Positions 14,556-16,956 of a stretch of DNA of 16,956 bases are shown here, in pieces. The translations under genes were made by a program, and so were the position numbers. Each line of letters begins with the position of its first letter. Positions within the stretch are counted from its first letter, which is position 1. The notes under the pieces were generated by a model. That model made no database searches and had not been told where the DNA came from. It saw nothing but the letters and a program-made list of their open reading frames with translations. This DNA is from Armatimonadota bacterium. GTDB taxonomy: Bacteria; Armatimonadota; Zipacnadia; Zipacnadales; UBA5352. The stretch covers positions 1-16,956 of the forward strand of contig JAYENL010000327.1 in the NCBI GenBank assembly GCA_034722055.1, read 5' to 3'.

Positions 14556-16898
14556 ATGCAGGACGCCGACACGCTCAGGGACATGCTGCTGCGGATGTAC
14601 CGTATCCGACTGTTCGAGGAGCGGCTGAAGGACTTCTATGACTACCGCGGCTTCGCCGGCGGGGAGATCTCCGACGATCCGGGGGCCACCGGCGAGGACC
14701 TGCTGTCATGCATGCTCTACGACTTCGCCTCCGAGGGCATGATCGGCGGTGCCGTGCACCTCTACATCGGCGAGGAGGCCATCGCGGTCGGCGTCTGCGC
14801 CGAGCTGCGCGACTCCGACTTCATCACCAGCTACCACCGAGGCCACGGCCACGCCATCGCCAAGGGCCTGGAGCTTGACCGGATGCTCGCGGAGCTGATG
14901 GGCCGGGAGACCGGCTACTCCCGGGGCTGCGGGGGCTCCATGCACATCTACTCCTACGAGCATGGGCTGCTGGGCGGCAACGGGATCATCGGAGCGGGCA
15001 TTCCGCTGGCCCTGGGGCCGGCCTTCGCGGCCAAGTACCGCGGCGAGGACAACGTGGCCGTGGCCTTCTTCGGCGATGGCGCGGTGAACCAGGGGACCTT
15101 CGGTGAGTCCCTGAACCTCGCGGCGCTGTGGGAGCTGCCCGTGATCTTCGTGTGCGAGAACAACCTGTGGGCGGCCTCGACGCCTGCGGCGATCGCTCAC
15201 TCGCAGCCCGGCCTGGCGGCGCGCGCGGAGCCCTACGGCATCCCGGGCGTCACCGTGGACGGCCAGGACGTGCTGGCGGTCAACGAGGTGGCGAGCGAGG
15301 CCGTGGAGCGGGCCCGCGCGGGCGGGGGCCCGACCATGATCGAGGCCAGGACCTTCCGCTTCGTCGGCCACGCCGGCGGGGGGCGGAGCGCCCACCGGGA
15401 TCAGGAGGCGCTGGAGGAGTGGATGCAGCGCGACCCCATCACGCTCTTTGAGCAGCGCCTGCGCCAGGAGGGCGTCATGACCGCCGGGGAGCAGGAGCAG
15501 ATGCGGGAGCGGGTCAGCGGCGAGGTGGATCGCGCCGTGGCGTTCGCGTGCTCCAGCGACTTCCCCGAGCCCCACACGCTGGAGACCATCGACGGCCCCC
15601 GCGTCATGCCGCCGGCCGAGCCCCAGCGGGCGGACGAGGACGCGGTGGCCAGCGCGCTGGTCGATCCTCGGATGATCACCCGTGTCGCCGAGATCGCCCG
15701 GGAGTACACCGGCCGGGCGCCGCTGCCGTTCAGCGAGCTGTTCCAGGAGGGCATGGCCGCGGTGGCGCACGCCGCCGAGCGCCACGATCCCGACTCCGGG
15801 CGCAGCTTCGAGGAGTACGCCCAGTGGTGGATTCGCCAGCGCATTACCAGGGCCATCGCTGACCGGCAGCGCGACATCTGGGACGACCGCACGGTGGTCT
15901 GGGTGCGGCCCAGGCGAGAGCCGGAGGAGCCGGGGCGCAGCATCACCTTCGCCGCCGCGGTCGCCGAGGCCCTGCGGGAGGAGATGGACCGCGATGAGCG
16001 CGTCTTCGTCATCGGCGAGGACATCGGCCCGGTCACCGAGCGCGAGAGTCTGTGGGAGCAGTTCCGCGAGCGCCGCGTGTGGCAGACGCCCATCTCGGAG
16101 GCGGCCTTCACGGGGCTGGCCACCGGCGCGGCGGCGGTGGGCCTGCGGCCGGTTGTGGAGATCATGTACTGCGACTTCGTGACCGTCTGCTTCGATCAGA
16201 TCGTCAACCAGGCGGCGAAGCTGAATCTCATGTCCGGCGGCAGGATCGACGTGCCGCTGGTCATCAAGACCCCGGCAGGCTGCGGGACGCGCGAGGGGGC
16301 TCATCACTCCGGCTCGCACGAGGCCTGGTTCATGCACGCGCCGGGGCTGAGGGTGGTCATGCCCTCGAACGCCTACGACGCCAAGGGGCTGCTCAAGACC
16401 GCTATCCGCGAGGACGGTCCGGTGATGTTCATCGAGCACCGCCTCCTGCGGCGGATGGAGTTCGAGGTGCCCGAGGGGGAGTGGACCGTGCCCTTCGGCG
16501 AGGCCGCGATTCGTCACCAGGGCGATGACATCACGGTGGTGACCACCTCCTACGCAGTGCCCAAGGCCCTGCGGGCGGCCCGGGCACTGGAGGACGAGAT
16601 CGGCGTGGAGGTCATCGACCCCCGCACGCTGGTGCCGCTGGACGTGGGGGCGATCTACGCGTCCCTGCGCAAGACCGGGCGGCTGCTGGTGGTGCACGAG
16701 GCGCCGGCCCGGGCCGGCGCCGGCGCGGAGATCCTCCGGCGGGTGACCGAGGGCCCGGGCTTCGATCTGCTGCGGGCCGCGCCGCGGGTGCTGGGCCGCG
16801 CTGACACGCCCATGCCCTACAGCCCGCCCCTGGAGGACGCCTGCATCCCGCAGCCGAGCGACATCGCCGAGACGATCCGGGAGATGGTGCGCGGGTAG
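14556..16898 (+). CDS. Fused ThDP-dependent dehydrogenase E1 alpha+beta (pyruvate/acetoin/2-oxoacid dehydrogenase family) with an internal sigma70 region 2-like domain, 780 aa
   Basis: Start reassigned from 14295 to ATG 14556 (GGGAGGA upstream). Alpha half: VHLYIGEEA, YHRGHGH, GGSMH, ThDP motif GDGAVNQG...CENN (15072-15164). Beta half from ~15936: AEALREEM...IGEDIG, TPISE, EIMYCDF..DQIVNQAAK, HHS, FIEH, EVIDPRTLVPLD, KTGRLLVVHE. One uninterrupted frame. Confidence 0.93.
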   Translation: MQDADTLRDMLLRMYRIRLFEERLKDFYDYRGFAGGEISDDPGATGEDLLSCMLYDFASEGMIGGAVHLYIGEEAIAVGVCAELRDSDFITSYHRGHGHAIAKGLELDRMLAELMGRETGYSRGCGGSMHIYSYEHGLLGGNGIIGAGIPLALGPAFAAKYRGEDNVAVAFFGDGAVNQGTFGESLNLAALWELPVIFVCENNLWAASTPAAIAHSQPGLAARAEPYGIPGVTVDGQDVLAVNEVASEAVERARAGGGPTMIEARTFRFVGHAGGGRSAHRDQEALEEWMQRDPITLFEQRLRQEGVMTAGEQEQMRERVSGEVDRAVAFACSSDFPEPHTLETIDGPRVMPPAEPQRADEDAVASALVDPRMITRVAEIAREYTGRAPLPFSELFQEGMAAVAHAAERHDPDSGRSFEEYAQWWIRQRITRAIADRQRDIWDDRTVVWVRPRREPEEPGRSITFAAAVAEALREEMDRDERVFVIGEDIGPVTERESLWEQFRERRVWQTPISEAAFTGLATGAAAVGLRPVVEIMYCDFVTVCFDQIVNQAAKLNLMSGGRIDVPLVIKTPAGCGTREGAHHSGSHEAWFMHAPGLRVVMPSNAYDAKGLLKTAIREDGPVMFIEHRLLRRMEFEVPEGEWTVPFGEAAIRHQGDDITVVTTSYAVPKALRAARALEDEIGVEVIDPRTLVPLDVGAIYASLRKTGRLLVVHEAPARAGAGAEILRRVTEGPGFDLLRAAPRVLGRADTPMPYSPPLEDACIPQPSDIAETIREMVRG
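15633..15878 (+). other. In-frame sigma70 (RpoD-like) region 2.1-2.4 domain between E1 alpha and E1 beta
   Basis: RVAEIAREYTGRAPLPFSELFQEGMAAVAHAAERHDPDSGRSFEEYAQWWIRQRITRAIADRQRDI aligns with group-1 sigma [65 protein letters not shown]. The WW dyad is at 15825-15830. Confidence 0.88.
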
Positions 16899-16956
16899 CA
16901 CATGCCGGCGGATCCGCGGCGGTGAGGCAGCAGTCGTGCGGGGCCTCCCCCCGACC

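Noticed and set aside
15633..15878. Reading the sigma-like segment as a separate sigma-factor gene, pseudogene or intein
   Set aside because: It is in frame with both E1 halves with no stop or frameshift, lacks sigma regions 3 and 4, and has no intein splice motifs (N-terminal C/S block, C-terminal HN followed by C/S/T).
308..16901. Long antisense ORFs (308-2326 +, 2323-4506 +, 5907-8858 -, 9186-10397 -, 11698-12474 +, 12760-14457 +, 14706-16901 -) and many short Arg/Pro/Ala-rich ORFs
   Set aside because: They are shadow frames of well-supported genes, expected from high-GC codon bias that depletes stop codons. None shows a recognisable motif.
16902..16926. Tiny ORF MPADPRR* right after the E1 stop, overlapping a GC palindrome
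   Set aside because: Seven codons, no SD and no similarity to a lipoyl/E2 N-terminus; the context is cut off by the window edge.
1..16956. CRISPR arrays, tRNA or rRNA genes
   Set aside because: I saw no regularly spaced direct repeats or tRNA/rRNA signatures, and the intergenic gaps are all short (under about 360 bp).

Overview
High-GC bacterial window with seven complete protein-coding genes, plus the start of a probable IS110-family element at the left edge. Minus strand, 239-5612: a divergent alanine-dehydrogenase-like gene with a near-consensus sigma70 promoter, a heparinase II/III-like lyase and a BNR/Asp-box (sialidase-like) protein. Plus strand, 5970-10796: a ~1600-aa secreted modular protein (heparinase II/III-like core plus an FG-GAP/PQQ-type beta-propeller). 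Minus strand, 10801-14268: two tandem paralogous secreted proteins with a putative glycoside-hydrolase barrel and a CBM-like tail. Plus strand, 14556-16898: a fused ThDP-dependent 2-oxoacid/acetoin dehydrogenase E1 alpha+beta. The standout observation is a recognisable primary-sigma-factor (RpoD-type) region 2 domain (QEG...YAQWWIRQRITRAIAD) lying in frame between the E1 alpha and beta halves, an architecture I do not know from any characterised protein. All family calls come from motifs recognised by eye, not from database searches.
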